A stretch of DNA of 64,000 nt from a bacterium DOLZORAL124_38_8. Lineage in GTDB: Bacteria > Patescibacteriota > Gracilibacteria > UBA4473. Location: the NCBI GenBank assembly GCA_002747745.1, contig PDQG01000004.1:183216-247215 (forward strand), in the 5' to 3' direction. Positions 9,501-19,092 of this stretch are shown here, piece after piece. Position 1 is the stretch's first letter. Each line of letters begins with the position of its first letter. The notes under the pieces are model-generated. The model was not told the origin of the DNA, did not search any database, and saw nothing but the letters and a program-made list of their open reading frames with translations. Made by a program: the position numbers and the translations under genes.

Positions 9501-12032
9501 TTAAAACCGCAGCGGAAAACAGAACCCAAACCGATACCCACAAATTAATTTATACGGCAAACAACATTTTCCTTCTGAATTTTCTCTCACAGTTTCACAG
9601 TCAACCTGTACTAACCCCTCTGGATTAGTTTCTGAACCATCATCTCCAGGACAAGAAAAAGTGCACGAGGTTGTTCCTTTCTGATACCATTTATTCTCTG
9701 CTCGATAATACGATCCATCTGAACAAACTTTCTTCGTCTCAACACAACGAGTATTATCTTTTACGATGTTATCTTTTGATTCATCAGAATCCTTATGTCC
9801 ACATGCATCAGCATCAAAACCAGTTTTAGCACTTGATACATCCGTTACGCTTGCAAGTGAAAACAAGAAATTCTCAAAAGTTTTAATTGCTGGAGCCATA
9901 CCAACTCCACCAAAAGTTTCAGTCTGAGCCTCACTACCTCCCTCATCAGCCAACTTGGCACTTGACCCGCTAAACGATGGAGCCGCGGTATCATAATTCT
10001 TAATCACTAATTCTTGCTCGGTACAATTTCGCACCTTATCACAAATTTTATACGTTCGAACCGCCGTTTTTTTACAAATATCATTATCATCACAGAAATT
10101 TCCTTTCACTAAAACTTCATACGAAGACTCCATACACCCAGCGGACGAATTACCATCATTACATTGCACCGTTACCGTAATCGGTTCTTTCGTAAAGTTT
10201 TTAGCAATAACATTTGTATTATAGTAATCTCCGCTTATCGGGTTTTCTGCAAGTGGAATATTAGTTGAAGACTTTCGTTCAAATGTTACCATTGGTTTTT
10301 TCCTGTCAACAATTATTTCGTAAGGGTTTTGGTACACTAACATATGAGTAGTTGCACCCGTTCTCTTCAATATCACCGCTTTAATTTTTAATATTTTACT
10401 GTTATTCGCTTCTACTCCTAACTTACTTGCATCTAATTCTGCTCTAAACCAATCAGCACTCGGTGCCGTAAATTCTGCCACATTTGGCTTTGCAATAACA
10501 TCCGAACAATCTGCATTATTACAAACGGCCACATCTATTTGATATTCTTTATTCGGAGTCAGTTTTCCTTGACCAGTTCCAGAGTCTATCGCCGTAGACA
10601 CAAACGGAATCTTAGCAAAATATCCCGCATCAGCATTTCCATTATATACCTCATCCGTAAACACTTTACAGTGCAGATTTTGCCCATTACTTATAGCTGT
10701 TTTAGGCGAACAATCAGTTATAATATTCCCCGCTGAAACTGAAGGCATCACACCACACACCCCCAACAATAGCAAGAACATTGAAAGCGTTTTATTTTTC
10801 TTTGGACGTTTTGCCCACCAATAAATAAATCCGATTAGAATTAATAGCATAAACATCCCTCCTAAAATGAATAATAGCGGTATTGGTTGTGGTGATTTTT
10901 TCTCTGTTAACGCCACCTTTTCATTCTTTTTCTCTTTAGCAACGACCCTTTTTTCGTACCGCTCCGATGCAAAATCTTCCGTTGAAATCGGTTTTCCTTG
11001 ATGATAAATTTTCATCGTGGCTTTAATTTGTTTGGCCTCAAATGGCAAAGAAAACTGTTTTTCAAAAGAAAATTCTTTCAATCGGTTCACTGGCACCTCA
11101 AAGTCTTCTGTGTACAAGGTTTTTTTCGCCTCATTAGTAACATTCATCACTATATTTAATGATGAAAAGCGTTTATTCACAAACCCCGTTCCCGTAATTT
11201 TTACAGTTTCTTCTTTTTCAAATATTTCAGATTCGGGTCGAGAAAACACCACCGTTCGCAACTTGGCAAAGTCTCCTTCGACCGTAAATATTCCGCCTAA
11301 GTGAGAGGAAGAAGCTTTCTGAGAAGCGTCTTGCAAAAACGTATCGATTTTGTAATTCCCCGCCTTCTTCGGCTTGGCAAATTCTACATAAAACACCGAT
11401 TGCGAATTGGCTTTTACCCGTTGCGGAGCTGACACGTATTGCGATAATTTCTGTCCATTTGAATCAAACACTTGCACCACTAACGCCCGTTTTCCCAAGT
11501 CTTGTTCTCCCGCAAAATCAACCACGGTTGAAACTTTCACCGCTTCGGCACTTAATACTGTTTTTATATCAGACAAAGTTGGCAAGACCACTTGTTGCAA
11601 AGATTTGTTTTCGTATTTAACCGATCCTTGTCCTACCAAAGACACATCTTGAAACAATTTAACTTTCAAGGTCAATTGTTTCCCTTCTGGCAAAGAATCT
11701 TTCACTACATATTGGAACGGAACTCGGTCTGCCGGAGAGTCTTTCGACACAAAAAAGGCATCATTTCTTTTCCAATAAACGTTTTCTTGAGCATCTTCCA
11801 GCGATAGTTCTATTTTATTTGATTGAATATTCTTCGGTAACAAAACTTCTCCCGCAATTTCTTTATTTCGATTTGGATACAAAACTACTTGTATCGGCTG
11901 TACTTGCGAAATACGCTCAACCGACACATTATCGTATTGCTGGTAAAGTTCATCAAGTGTCATAGCATGAGACACTTGAATCAACCCAAAGAAAAAAATT
12001 GCCGCCCAGCTTTTCCAATGCTTCATCTTCAT
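9501..12032 (-). CDS. large hypothetical envelope protein: signal peptide, Cys-free domain, TM hairpin, Cys-rich domain
   Basis: 843-aa ATG-initiated ORF. Signal peptide 'AAIFFFGLIQVSHA'. TM 'LLFILGGMFMLLILIGFIYWW', then KRPKKNK, then a second hydrophobic segment 'LSMFLLLLGVCGVMPSVSA'. I count 21 Cys, all after residue about 430. Confidence 0.6.
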   Translation of the reverse strand: MKMKHWKSWAAIFFFGLIQVSHAMTLDELYQQYDNVSVERISQVQPIQVVLYPNRNKEIAGEVLLPKNIQSNKIELSLEDAQENVYWKRNDAFFVSKDSPADRVPFQYVVKDSLPEGKQLTLKVKLFQDVSLVGQGSVKYENKSLQQVVLPTLSDIKTVLSAEAVKVSTVVDFAGEQDLGKRALVVQVFDSNGQKLSQYVSAPQRVKANSQSVFYVEFAKPKKAGNYKIDTFLQDASQKASSSHLGGIFTVEGDFAKLRTVVFSRPESEIFEKEETVKITGTGFVNKRFSSLNIVMNVTNEAKKTLYTEDFEVPVNRLKEFSFEKQFSLPFEAKQIKATMKIYHQGKPISTEDFASERYEKRVVAKEKKNEKVALTEKKSPQPIPLLFILGGMFMLLILIGFIYWWAKRPKKNKTLSMFLLLLGVCGVMPSVSAGNIITDCSPKTAISNGQNLHCKVFTDEVYNGNADAGYFAKIPFVSTAIDSGTGQGKLTPNKEYQIDVAVCNNADCSDVIAKPNVAEFTAPSADWFRAELDASKLGVEANNSKILKIKAVILKRTGATTHMLVYQNPYEIIVDRKKPMVTFERKSSTNIPLAENPISGDYYNTNVIAKNFTKEPITVTVQCNDGNSSAGCMESSYEVLVKGNFCDDNDICKKTAVRTYKICDKVRNCTEQELVIKNYDTAAPSFSGSSAKLADEGGSEAQTETFGGVGMAPAIKTFENFLFSLASVTDVSSAKTGFDADACGHKDSDESKDNIVKDNTRCVETKKVCSDGSYYRAENKWYQKGTTSCTFSCPGDDGSETNPEGLVQVDCETVRENSEGKCCLPYKLICGYRFGFCFPLRF

Positions 12033-12137
12033 AAATTAAGCTCCAGAATTATTGTATCAAAAAAAACCAAAAAAAGAATACTCGTTTTACAAAAAAAGTT
12101 TGCCAAAGGCATAAAATGCATTAAAAATAGGACTGAA

Positions 12138-13589
12138 ATGAAGCACTCAAGAGGCGTATATCGAAGACGATCTTTTCGTCGCAATCACTCGAGAAGACAT
12201 GGTTCTCGGTCTTTTTTCTCACACTACTCAAAAATACTCGGAATCATCTTAGCAGTACTTTTGTTAGGAGGAATTTATCATTGGGGATTTAACACTTCTC
12301 AAGCCGAAAATCTCTCGGCCACTACCAATGCTCAAAGTGGAAACACCGAATTTTCAATTGGAGAATCAAACCAATGGACATTTTTGCAAGATTCCATTGA
12401 TTTAATTGCTGGAGACAAAATCAAAACCCTCGGCAACGGAAAAGCTTCCTTGTCCGTACTTGGGGGGAACACACTCTTTTTGAAGGAAAACACCGAAATT
12501 AGCCTCGTTGAACTCAATAAGCAATCAGACCAAAAGAAGGCCGTAATACGATTAGAACGAGGAGACTTGTGGGTACACGTGGGAGAATTAGGCGCAAAAG
12601 ATTCATTAAAAATTATTACAACCGAACAGTCAACGGAAGTATCAAACGGGATTTCTGCCTTTAGTAAAAATGAAAACGACACCCAAGTTTTAGCCCTAAA
12701 AGGCGACCTTAAAACAACCGTTTTCCAAAACAATAAAAAAACGTCCACCCTTGATATTGCTGGTGGCAGCACCATTGAAATAAATGAGTTAAACAAAGAT
12801 TCTCTCACCGAAGAAGATACCGCGCAATTTGTAAAAGAAGTCCCACCGTCTTTTGTAAAATCAAAATGGAACTTAGAAAATTTAGCAAAATTCTTCCCGA
12901 GCGAAGCCCAAGCCTTAGAACAACAATTACAAAAAAAACCAAAACCAATCGAACCCGTTGAAAACAAAAACATTGCCAGCCCGACTATTTCAAGCCCGCA
13001 AAACAACGCTATAATTCCAGCGGAAACCACTTCTGTAGTTATCGAAGGAATTGCTCCCGAAAACGCATACCAAATATCAGTTAACGGCTACACCTTAACC
13101 AAATACCAACCAGGTGATCGAAAATGGTCATACCTCGCCAGCACCAAATTTGGTACCATGGTGCCAGGAAAAAACACCTATACCGTAAAAGCCACCACTC
13201 GAGACGGACAAGAATCAGCTCCAGCTCAAATAAGCATCAATTATACCGCGCCCAAAAAAGTAGAAAAAACAAAAGCACCACAAAAAAAAGAGTACCCAAA
13301 ACCAGTGATTACTTCTCCAACCGGTATTCAAACCAACACCCCTTGGGAAACATCAAGCTCTATTATTACTTTGCAAGGAACCGTGCCAAAAGATACTACC
13401 AAAGTGCTCGTCAATGAGTTTGCACTGCGGCAATACAAACCCGGTAGTGGAAAGTTCTTCTACATAGCCAATGCGCAATATGGAAACTTTGTAAAAGGCG
13501 AAAATTTGTATGTAGTTAAAGCCATTGGTCCCAAGAATCAAAGCAGTGAAATTGCGGTAACGATTATCTACAAACCCGTAAAATTATAA
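12138..13589 (+). CDS. FecR-domain membrane protein with two C-terminal Ig-like repeats
   Basis: Start moved to the ATG at 12138 (MKHSRGVYRRR...), because the track start at 11889 overlaps the divergent gene. Arg-rich tail plus TM; 'GDKIKTLGNGKASLSVLGGNTLFLKENTEISL...RLERGDLWVHV' is FecR-like. Two homologous ~95-aa repeats follow ('...VNGYTLTKYQPGDRKWSY...' and '...VNEFALRQYKPGSGKFFY...'). Confidence 0.6.
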   Translation: MKHSRGVYRRRSFRRNHSRRHGSRSFFSHYSKILGIILAVLLLGGIYHWGFNTSQAENLSATTNAQSGNTEFSIGESNQWTFLQDSIDLIAGDKIKTLGNGKASLSVLGGNTLFLKENTEISLVELNKQSDQKKAVIRLERGDLWVHVGELGAKDSLKIITTEQSTEVSNGISAFSKNENDTQVLALKGDLKTTVFQNNKKTSTLDIAGGSTIEINELNKDSLTEEDTAQFVKEVPPSFVKSKWNLENLAKFFPSEAQALEQQLQKKPKPIEPVENKNIASPTISSPQNNAIIPAETTSVVIEGIAPENAYQISVNGYTLTKYQPGDRKWSYLASTKFGTMVPGKNTYTVKATTRDGQESAPAQISINYTAPKKVEKTKAPQKKEYPKPVITSPTGIQTNTPWETSSSIITLQGTVPKDTTKVLVNEFALRQYKPGSGKFFYIANAQYGNFVKGENLYVVKAIGPKNQSSEIAVTIIYKPVKL

Positions 13590-13642
13590 CCCAAAAAGTT
13601 TTGGTTATTCTTTTATGAATATGCTAGAATAAGGAGGAAGAG

Positions 13643-13990
13643 ATGACGAAACAAAGAAAGAAAACACTTACGGATATTGCTCAGTCAACTCATAAAACCC
13701 TTCTTTCTCTCTTGACTATGACCGCCCTATTCTTGGGTGGAATTTCTTTGTTTGTGCTCAACAACATGGCCTTACGCGGATATGCGTTTCAAAAAGAAGC
13801 CGAAAAACGAGAAAAATTGCTCGATGATATTTCTATTATTGAAACGAAAATTGCCGGGGTTGAATCACGCTTTACCCTGAAAAAATCAAACCGTATTAAA
13901 AACATGGTTTTCCGACAAGGAAACCGTTTTATGGTTATCGAACCAACAATTAAAACCGCACAGATTCCTTCCGAACACACTAACTTTTAA
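13643..13990 (+). CDS. hypothetical bitopic membrane protein (FtsL-like topology)
   Basis: 115 aa: basic N-terminus, one TM helix, then a coiled-coil-like segment. Confidence 0.45.
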   Translation: MTKQRKKTLTDIAQSTHKTLLSLLTMTALFLGGISLFVLNNMALRGYAFQKEAEKREKLLDDISIIETKIAGVESRFTLKKSNRIKNMVFRQGNRFMVIEPTIKTAQIPSEHTNF

Positions 13991-14001
13991 CTCACCAATA
14001 T

Positions 14002-14619
14002 ATGTTTTCACTCCCCACACTTTCTTTTGAGTACCATGAATTAGAACCATACATCGACACAAAAACGATGGATATTCACTATAATAAACATCATGCTGGA
14101 TACACCAGCAAACTGAATGCTGCAATTGAAGGAACTGATTTAGAAACCAAAACCATTGAAGAAATCTTACAAAATTTAGATTTAGAAAACAACGCCGTCC
14201 GAAACAATGGCGGCGGATATTATAATCATTGCCTATTTTGGGATATCTTATCTCCAAACGGTGGTGGAGAACCAACCGGACTTTTATCCGAAAAAATAAA
14301 CGAGCAATTTGGTTCGTTTGAAAACTTTAAAACAGAATTTTCAAACGCCGCTGCCACACGATTTGGTTCTGGTTGGGCGTGGTTATGCGTAAAACCCGAC
14401 GGAAGTTTATGTGTTTCAAACACCGCCAACCAAGACAACCCACTTATGCCAAGCATTGGATGCGACCATGTTACCCCTATTTTAGGGCTTGATGTGTGGG
14501 AACACGCCTATTACTTAAACTACCAAAACCGACGTCCAGATTATATTGAAGCCTTTTTTAAAGTAGTAGATTGGACCAAGGTAGCCAGAAAAATGGAGCA
14601 AGTTTTACGCAAAAGATAA
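14002..14619 (+). CDS. Fe/Mn superoxide dismutase
   Basis: '[28 protein letters not shown]' and '[21 protein letters not shown]' are canonical SOD_Fe N- and C-terminal motifs. Confidence 0.9.
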   Translation: MFSLPTLSFEYHELEPYIDTKTMDIHYNKHHAGYTSKLNAAIEGTDLETKTIEEILQNLDLENNAVRNNGGGYYNHCLFWDILSPNGGGEPTGLLSEKINEQFGSFENFKTEFSNAAATRFGSGWAWLCVKPDGSLCVSNTANQDNPLMPSIGCDHVTPILGLDVWEHAYYLNYQNRRPDYIEAFFKVVDWTKVARKMEQVLRKR

Positions 14620-15348
14620 GGCGCAATCTCTCATTGGATTAATATAGTAACTAGGGGGAGACATTGTTTTTTTCGTAAGAAAATCAAGACACGCTTCTCG
14701 ATACGCTAATTCAGCGCAATCTCCATCAAGTTGACTATTTATTGACTGATAAAGATTCATCAGATAAAAAAATTCTTTTTTTGAAAGTTGTTGCACAAAA
14801 GGATGCATTTGTCCGCGCTCAATTTTATCATTCCAACTTTTTACATCCTCACCAAAGAAAATAGCCGCTCCAAGTGAATTATAAATATTAAAACGTTGCT
14901 CAAACAAACGCTCGTCTTCATGTATGTGTGGATAAAGAGCTCTCAAAACTCGCATTTTTGAAGAACTTATATTCTGTGTTATCTCACTAGCCCGTATATA
15001 TTTCAGTTTATCTCTAAACGGAAGAAGCCCTATTTTTTGAGCTAAGGCAAAATCATATTCCTTGTCCACGGCACTCCGATAACCTCGAATTATATTCTCT
15101 GCTTGTTTGGCATAACAAAGAATATCCTCCAAAGTCTCTGCAAATGCAATTTGAGAGATAACCCTCTCATTATAAACTTGTTCTAACAAAAAATATTTTT
15201 GTCGTAACTCAAAATCTGACTGATTTATCTTTAATGGATTTTTAACCATTACCACCAACGTATCATCTATCCCACTTGGTATTTGATGTAGACGTTCTAC
15301 GTGACCAGCATGAGCTAAATCAAAACTTCCAAACAAAACATTTTTCAT
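14605..15348 (-). CDS. coaD: phosphopantetheine adenylyltransferase-like nucleotidyltransferase with a ~95-aa C-terminal extension
   Basis: '[11 protein letters not shown]' (GSFDPxxxGH-type), '[18 protein letters not shown]' and 'ISSSKMR' match CoaD. The ATG at 15348 is preferred over the TTG at 15369. Confidence 0.6.
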   Translation of the reverse strand: MKNVLFGSFDLAHAGHVERLHQIPSGIDDTLVVMVKNPLKINQSDFELRQKYFLLEQVYNERVISQIAFAETLEDILCYAKQAENIIRGYRSAVDKEYDFALAQKIGLLPFRDKLKYIRASEITQNISSSKMRVLRALYPHIHEDERLFEQRFNIYNSLGAAIFFGEDVKSWNDKIERGQMHPFVQQLSKKEFFYLMNLYQSINSQLDGDCAELAYREACLDFLTKKTMSPPSYYINPMRDCALSFA

Positions 15349-15434
15349 TACACATAAAAAATAAAACAACTACCCAAAAAAGCAAATTCTTACATAAATA
15401 CAGAGTATTACAACTTCTAAAAATAATTAATCAC

Positions 15435-15950
15435 CTAAAAAGAGTCTCCTTTCTCCAACTCCAACAATCTTTTTTTAACGGGCAGACCGCCACCAAAACC
15501 TCCAAGTTCGCCGTTACTTTCAATAATTCTGTGGCACGGAACAATTAAAGCAATAGCATTTGCTCCATTTGCCGATGCTGCTGCTCTAATTGCTTTGGGG
15601 TTATTTATTCGTTTGGCAATGTCTAAATAGGTGGCAGTTTCTCCGTAATTTACTTTCAAAAGTTCGTTCCAAACTTGTTTTTGAAAATCCGTTCCTAAAA
15701 GCAAAAGCGGAATGTTAAATTCTTGTCGCGTTCCCGCTAGATATTCATCAACTTGTTTTTTAGTTTCCGTAATAACTTCATCTTCTTGCTCTATAAAATC
15801 AGTTTTTAGGTATTTTTTTATACGATTATCTACCGTCGTTCGCATTCTTCGATAACGAAAATCCAAAATACAGAGTTTTTTATCGTACGAGCCAATAATT
15901 AACTCACCGATTTTTGTTTTGTAATATTGTATGTTTATTTTATTGGTCAT
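15435..15950 (-). CDS. ogt: methylated-DNA--protein-cysteine methyltransferase
   Basis: Active site 'IVPCHRII' and the helix-turn-helix 'GETATYLDIAKRI'. Confidence 0.85.
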   Translation of the reverse strand: MTNKINIQYYKTKIGELIIGSYDKKLCILDFRYRRMRTTVDNRIKKYLKTDFIEQEDEVITETKKQVDEYLAGTRQEFNIPLLLLGTDFQKQVWNELLKVNYGETATYLDIAKRINNPKAIRAAASANGANAIALIVPCHRIIESNGELGGFGGGLPVKKRLLELEKGDSF

Positions 15951-15975
15951 ACAGGTTTTTATTATGTGATAAAAT

Positions 15976-17412
15976 TTATTTTTCTACGCGCGGAAACAAG
16001 ATAACTGATTTATTTAAAGTGTCGCCTTCCCCAAGTACCAACTTCATTTTTTCCGCTGTTTCTGGCAAGATTGAAACTGATAATTCTTGAATTAATTCAA
16101 GTTTTTGCAAAAGAATAGCAAAAACTTTTTTAGCGGCTTCTAAATCAGTTTTAGCCAATTTCCATACTTCGGTTTCGTTTAGCAATTCGTTTGCCGAATC
16201 AACCAGTTGAAAGAAAACATCAATGGCTTCTTTTACCTTTTTCTCTTCCATGGCAGTTGCAAATTTTTCTTTCCAAACCAGTTCATTGTTTGCTGGTAGT
16301 CGAACTTTTTTTCCGTCCAAAAACTTATGAATCAAAACCACTACTCGGTTAAAGAGATTTCCAACGCCGCCAGCCAGTTTAGAATTATACAACGACTCAA
16401 ACTGATCCATCGAAAAATCTCCGTCGTTTCCAAACTCAAACGCCGACAACAATCCAATTCGCAACGCATCATTTCCATATTGTTTCGATAAATCTAATGG
16501 ATGAATCACATTCCCCAAAGATTTACTCATTTTATGTCCATTGACGGTAAAAAATCCGTGCGCAAACACCTCTTGCGGCATCGGCAGATTCGCCGACATC
16601 AACATCGCCGGCCAAACTATACAATGAAACCGGGTAATATCTTTTCCGATAATATGCTGTGCGTACGGCCAAAATTTTTGCAAATCTTTTGTATTAACTG
16701 CCGTATAATAGTTTATAAGTGCATCAAACCAAATATAAATTTTGTGATTCACATTATTCGGCATTGGAATACCCAACTCAGCCGACTCACGCGAAATTGA
16801 AATATCGTCTAAACCAGATTTGATGAAACTCAAAACTTCATTCCGCCGCTTGGCTGGACGCAGCCAATTCGGATTTTCTTCGTAAAATTTCAATAACCTA
16901 TCTTGGTACTTACTGAGTCGGAAAAAGTAATTTTCTTCTTTCAACTCGTTCGGCGCCTTCAAATGATCGGGACAAAATCCTTCTTCAGTTAATTCTGAAT
17001 CTTTCAAAAAGGTTTCGCACCCTACACAATATTTTCCAACATATTCACCTTTATAAATATCGCCGTTTTCAAGAATTTTTCCAATTACTTCGTGTACGGT
17101 TTTATGGTGTCGCGCCTCGGTGGTTCGAATAAAATCATCAAATTGTACCCCCATTTGCTCAAAAGTAGATTTCCACACCGCCGACATATCATTTAGATAT
17201 TCCGGAACGGGTTTTTCTGCCTGACTGGCTGCCTCAACGGTTTTTTGAGAGTTTTCATCGGTTCCCGTTAAAAAATGAACCGAATCTCTCCCATTTTTTT
17301 GTTGCCAATACCTTGCAAAAGTATCCGCAGACAAAGTTGTATAAGCACTTCCAATATGAGGTTCACCATTTACGTAATAAATCGGAGTCGTAAAATATTT
17401 TAAATTTGTCAT
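15976..17412 (-). CDS. metG: methionine--tRNA ligase (short form, no C-terminal tRNA-binding domain)
   Basis: 'YYVNGEPHIGSAYT' (HIGH), 'KMSKSLGN', and zinc knuckle 'CVGCETF...CPDH'. Confidence 0.95.
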   Translation of the reverse strand: MTNLKYFTTPIYYVNGEPHIGSAYTTLSADTFARYWQQKNGRDSVHFLTGTDENSQKTVEAASQAEKPVPEYLNDMSAVWKSTFEQMGVQFDDFIRTTEARHHKTVHEVIGKILENGDIYKGEYVGKYCVGCETFLKDSELTEEGFCPDHLKAPNELKEENYFFRLSKYQDRLLKFYEENPNWLRPAKRRNEVLSFIKSGLDDISISRESAELGIPMPNNVNHKIYIWFDALINYYTAVNTKDLQKFWPYAQHIIGKDITRFHCIVWPAMLMSANLPMPQEVFAHGFFTVNGHKMSKSLGNVIHPLDLSKQYGNDALRIGLLSAFEFGNDGDFSMDQFESLYNSKLAGGVGNLFNRVVVLIHKFLDGKKVRLPANNELVWKEKFATAMEEKKVKEAIDVFFQLVDSANELLNETEVWKLAKTDLEAAKKVFAILLQKLELIQELSVSILPETAEKMKLVLGEGDTLNKSVILFPRVEK

Positions 17413-17418
17413 CTGAGG

Positions 17419-18501
17419 CTAGTTTTTAAATTCTTTTAAAGCTTTAATCGCGGCTGAATTGGTAGGCAAAAAATCAATTGATTCGAAGTCCTTAGAGGCC
17501 ACCCATTGCATGGTTTGATTTTCCAGGCATTTTGGTTCGCCTGATTGAATTTGGCAACGATGAAATCGCAGTCGAAGATTCACTTTATCAAAGGTGTGAA
17601 CCGTCTCATGAAAGAACGGACGCACAGACACATCAATCCCTAACTCTTCCTGCACTTCTCGCTTTACACAAGTTCTAAAATCTTCGCCTTTCTCTCGTTT
17701 CCCCCCAGGAAACTCCCATTTACCAGCAAAACTTTTTCCTTTTGGTCGCGTTTGCACCAAATATTTTCCATCTTTGTGGATACAAGCCACGCCCACTTCA
17801 ATCGTATGAGCTCCCTTTGGCAGAACCTTTTTTTTCGGCATTTTTTTGGCTACCAATCGTTTTTTTGGCAAAAACAACGCTCGTTTTTCTTCTGGAAAAA
17901 AATTGGCGATATCTCCGTGCAATTCTTTTCTAAACCGTAAACATGAGGACAAATCCATTAAAGCATTGTTCCAATCTCGCCCTGATTGAGCCGATTTAAT
18001 CAATTCAAGCCCCGTTTCTGTCGGACTTTGTTTGGGACATAAACTCTGAAACACTTTTTTTAAATTTGTATCAATGGCCGGCACTTTTTCGTCAAACGCA
18101 AATGCCAAAATAGCCGTAGCCGTATATTTCCCAATTCCTGGTAGCGCTTCTAACAACTCTATTTTTTGTGGAAAATTTCCTTCGTTTTGCTCAACCAAAA
18201 TTTTGGCCGTTTTCAGCATATTCTTCCCTCGGGCGTAATACCCAAGCCCGTCCCAAACAGGAAACAAATCTTTCCATTCGGCTTTTGCCAAATCAAAAAT
18301 TGTCGGAAATTTTTCCAAAAATCGTGGAAAAAACTTGTGTTGCACACGAGAAACCTGTGTTTGCTGCAACATTATTTCCGAAACCCAGACTCGATAAGGG
18401 GTAATGTTTTTTCTCCAGGGTAAGTCGTGTCGACCATATTCTTTAAACCACTCTTCGAGTGCTGGCGTAAATTGCGCCAATTCTATCTTCATCTGTTTCA
18501 A
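17419..18501 (-). CDS. mutY: A/G-specific adenine glycosylase MutY fused to a Nudix (MutT-type) domain
   Basis: 'SEIMLQQTQVSRV', HhH 'LPGIGKYTATAILAFAF', catalytic 'AIDTNLKKV'. The C-terminal domain carries a full Nudix box, 'GGKREKGEDFRTCVKREVQEELGI'. Confidence 0.8.
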   Translation of the reverse strand: MKQMKIELAQFTPALEEWFKEYGRHDLPWRKNITPYRVWVSEIMLQQTQVSRVQHKFFPRFLEKFPTIFDLAKAEWKDLFPVWDGLGYYARGKNMLKTAKILVEQNEGNFPQKIELLEALPGIGKYTATAILAFAFDEKVPAIDTNLKKVFQSLCPKQSPTETGLELIKSAQSGRDWNNALMDLSSCLRFRKELHGDIANFFPEEKRALFLPKKRLVAKKMPKKKVLPKGAHTIEVGVACIHKDGKYLVQTRPKGKSFAGKWEFPGGKREKGEDFRTCVKREVQEELGIDVSVRPFFHETVHTFDKVNLRLRFHRCQIQSGEPKCLENQTMQWVASKDFESIDFLPTNSAAIKALKEFKN

Positions 18502-18601
18502 TGTATTTTTTTTACCCCAAAAAGCAATTTTTATACCGATAAAAACTATTCAAAAAAAGAAACAAACAGTAAAATATTTTTGAACATAACCAAGCAAAAT
18601 T

Positions 18602-19045
18602 ATGAACGAATTTAAATTTACCCTCCTTGGATCAGACGGAAAAACGTATACACAAAACGATTTTAAAACCGGAAAAGTGGTTATTTATGCGTACCCCAAA
18701 GATGCCACCCCAGGTTGCACCATTCAAGCCAATCAGTTTGAAGAACTAAAACCCGAATTTGAAAAACTTGGCGTACGAGTGTTTGGAATTTCAGCCGATT
18801 CAGACGAATCACACCAAAAATTTTGTAACAAACAAGGACTGTCATTCGTGTTATTATCTGATCCCGAAAAACAATTACTGGAACCAATTGGAGCGTGGCG
18901 AGAAAAAGTAAATTTTGGCAAACGATATATGGGAATCGCTCGTTCAACCTATCTTTTTAAAGATGGAGAATTAGTAAAACAATGGAAAGCCGCTCGGGCC
19001 AAAGATAATGCTGAACGAGTGCTTACATGGTGGCAAGAGAATTAA
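18602..19045 (+). CDS. bcp: thioredoxin-dependent peroxiredoxin Bcp
   Basis: 'VVIYAYPKDATPGCTIQA' peroxidatic Cys motif; 147 aa. Confidence 0.85.
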   Translation: MNEFKFTLLGSDGKTYTQNDFKTGKVVIYAYPKDATPGCTIQANQFEELKPEFEKLGVRVFGISADSDESHQKFCNKQGLSFVLLSDPEKQLLEPIGAWREKVNFGKRYMGIARSTYLFKDGELVKQWKAARAKDNAERVLTWWQEN

Positions 19046-19046
19046 G

Positions 19047-19070
19047 AAAACCGCCCAATGGGGTGGTTTT
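19047..19070. terminator. bidirectional intrinsic terminator between bcp and trpB
   Basis: aaaaccgccc-aatg-gggtggtttt hairpin with an A run on one side and a T run on the other, between convergent genes. Confidence 0.7.
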
Positions 19071-19092
19071 GCGACTATAAAATAACTTGATT

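Noticed and set aside
9501-12032. Splitting the 843-aa ORF into two genes at the internal signal-peptide-like segment.
   Set aside because: There is no stop codon or frameshift between the halves in the given sequence. It is kept as one CDS and flagged as a possible fusion.
11889-12137. 5' extension of the FecR-domain ORF, making it 566 aa.
   Set aside because: The extension overlaps the start of the divergent 843-aa gene by about 140 nt and encodes no meaningful sequence. The ATG at 12138 gives a standard basic tail plus TM N-terminus.
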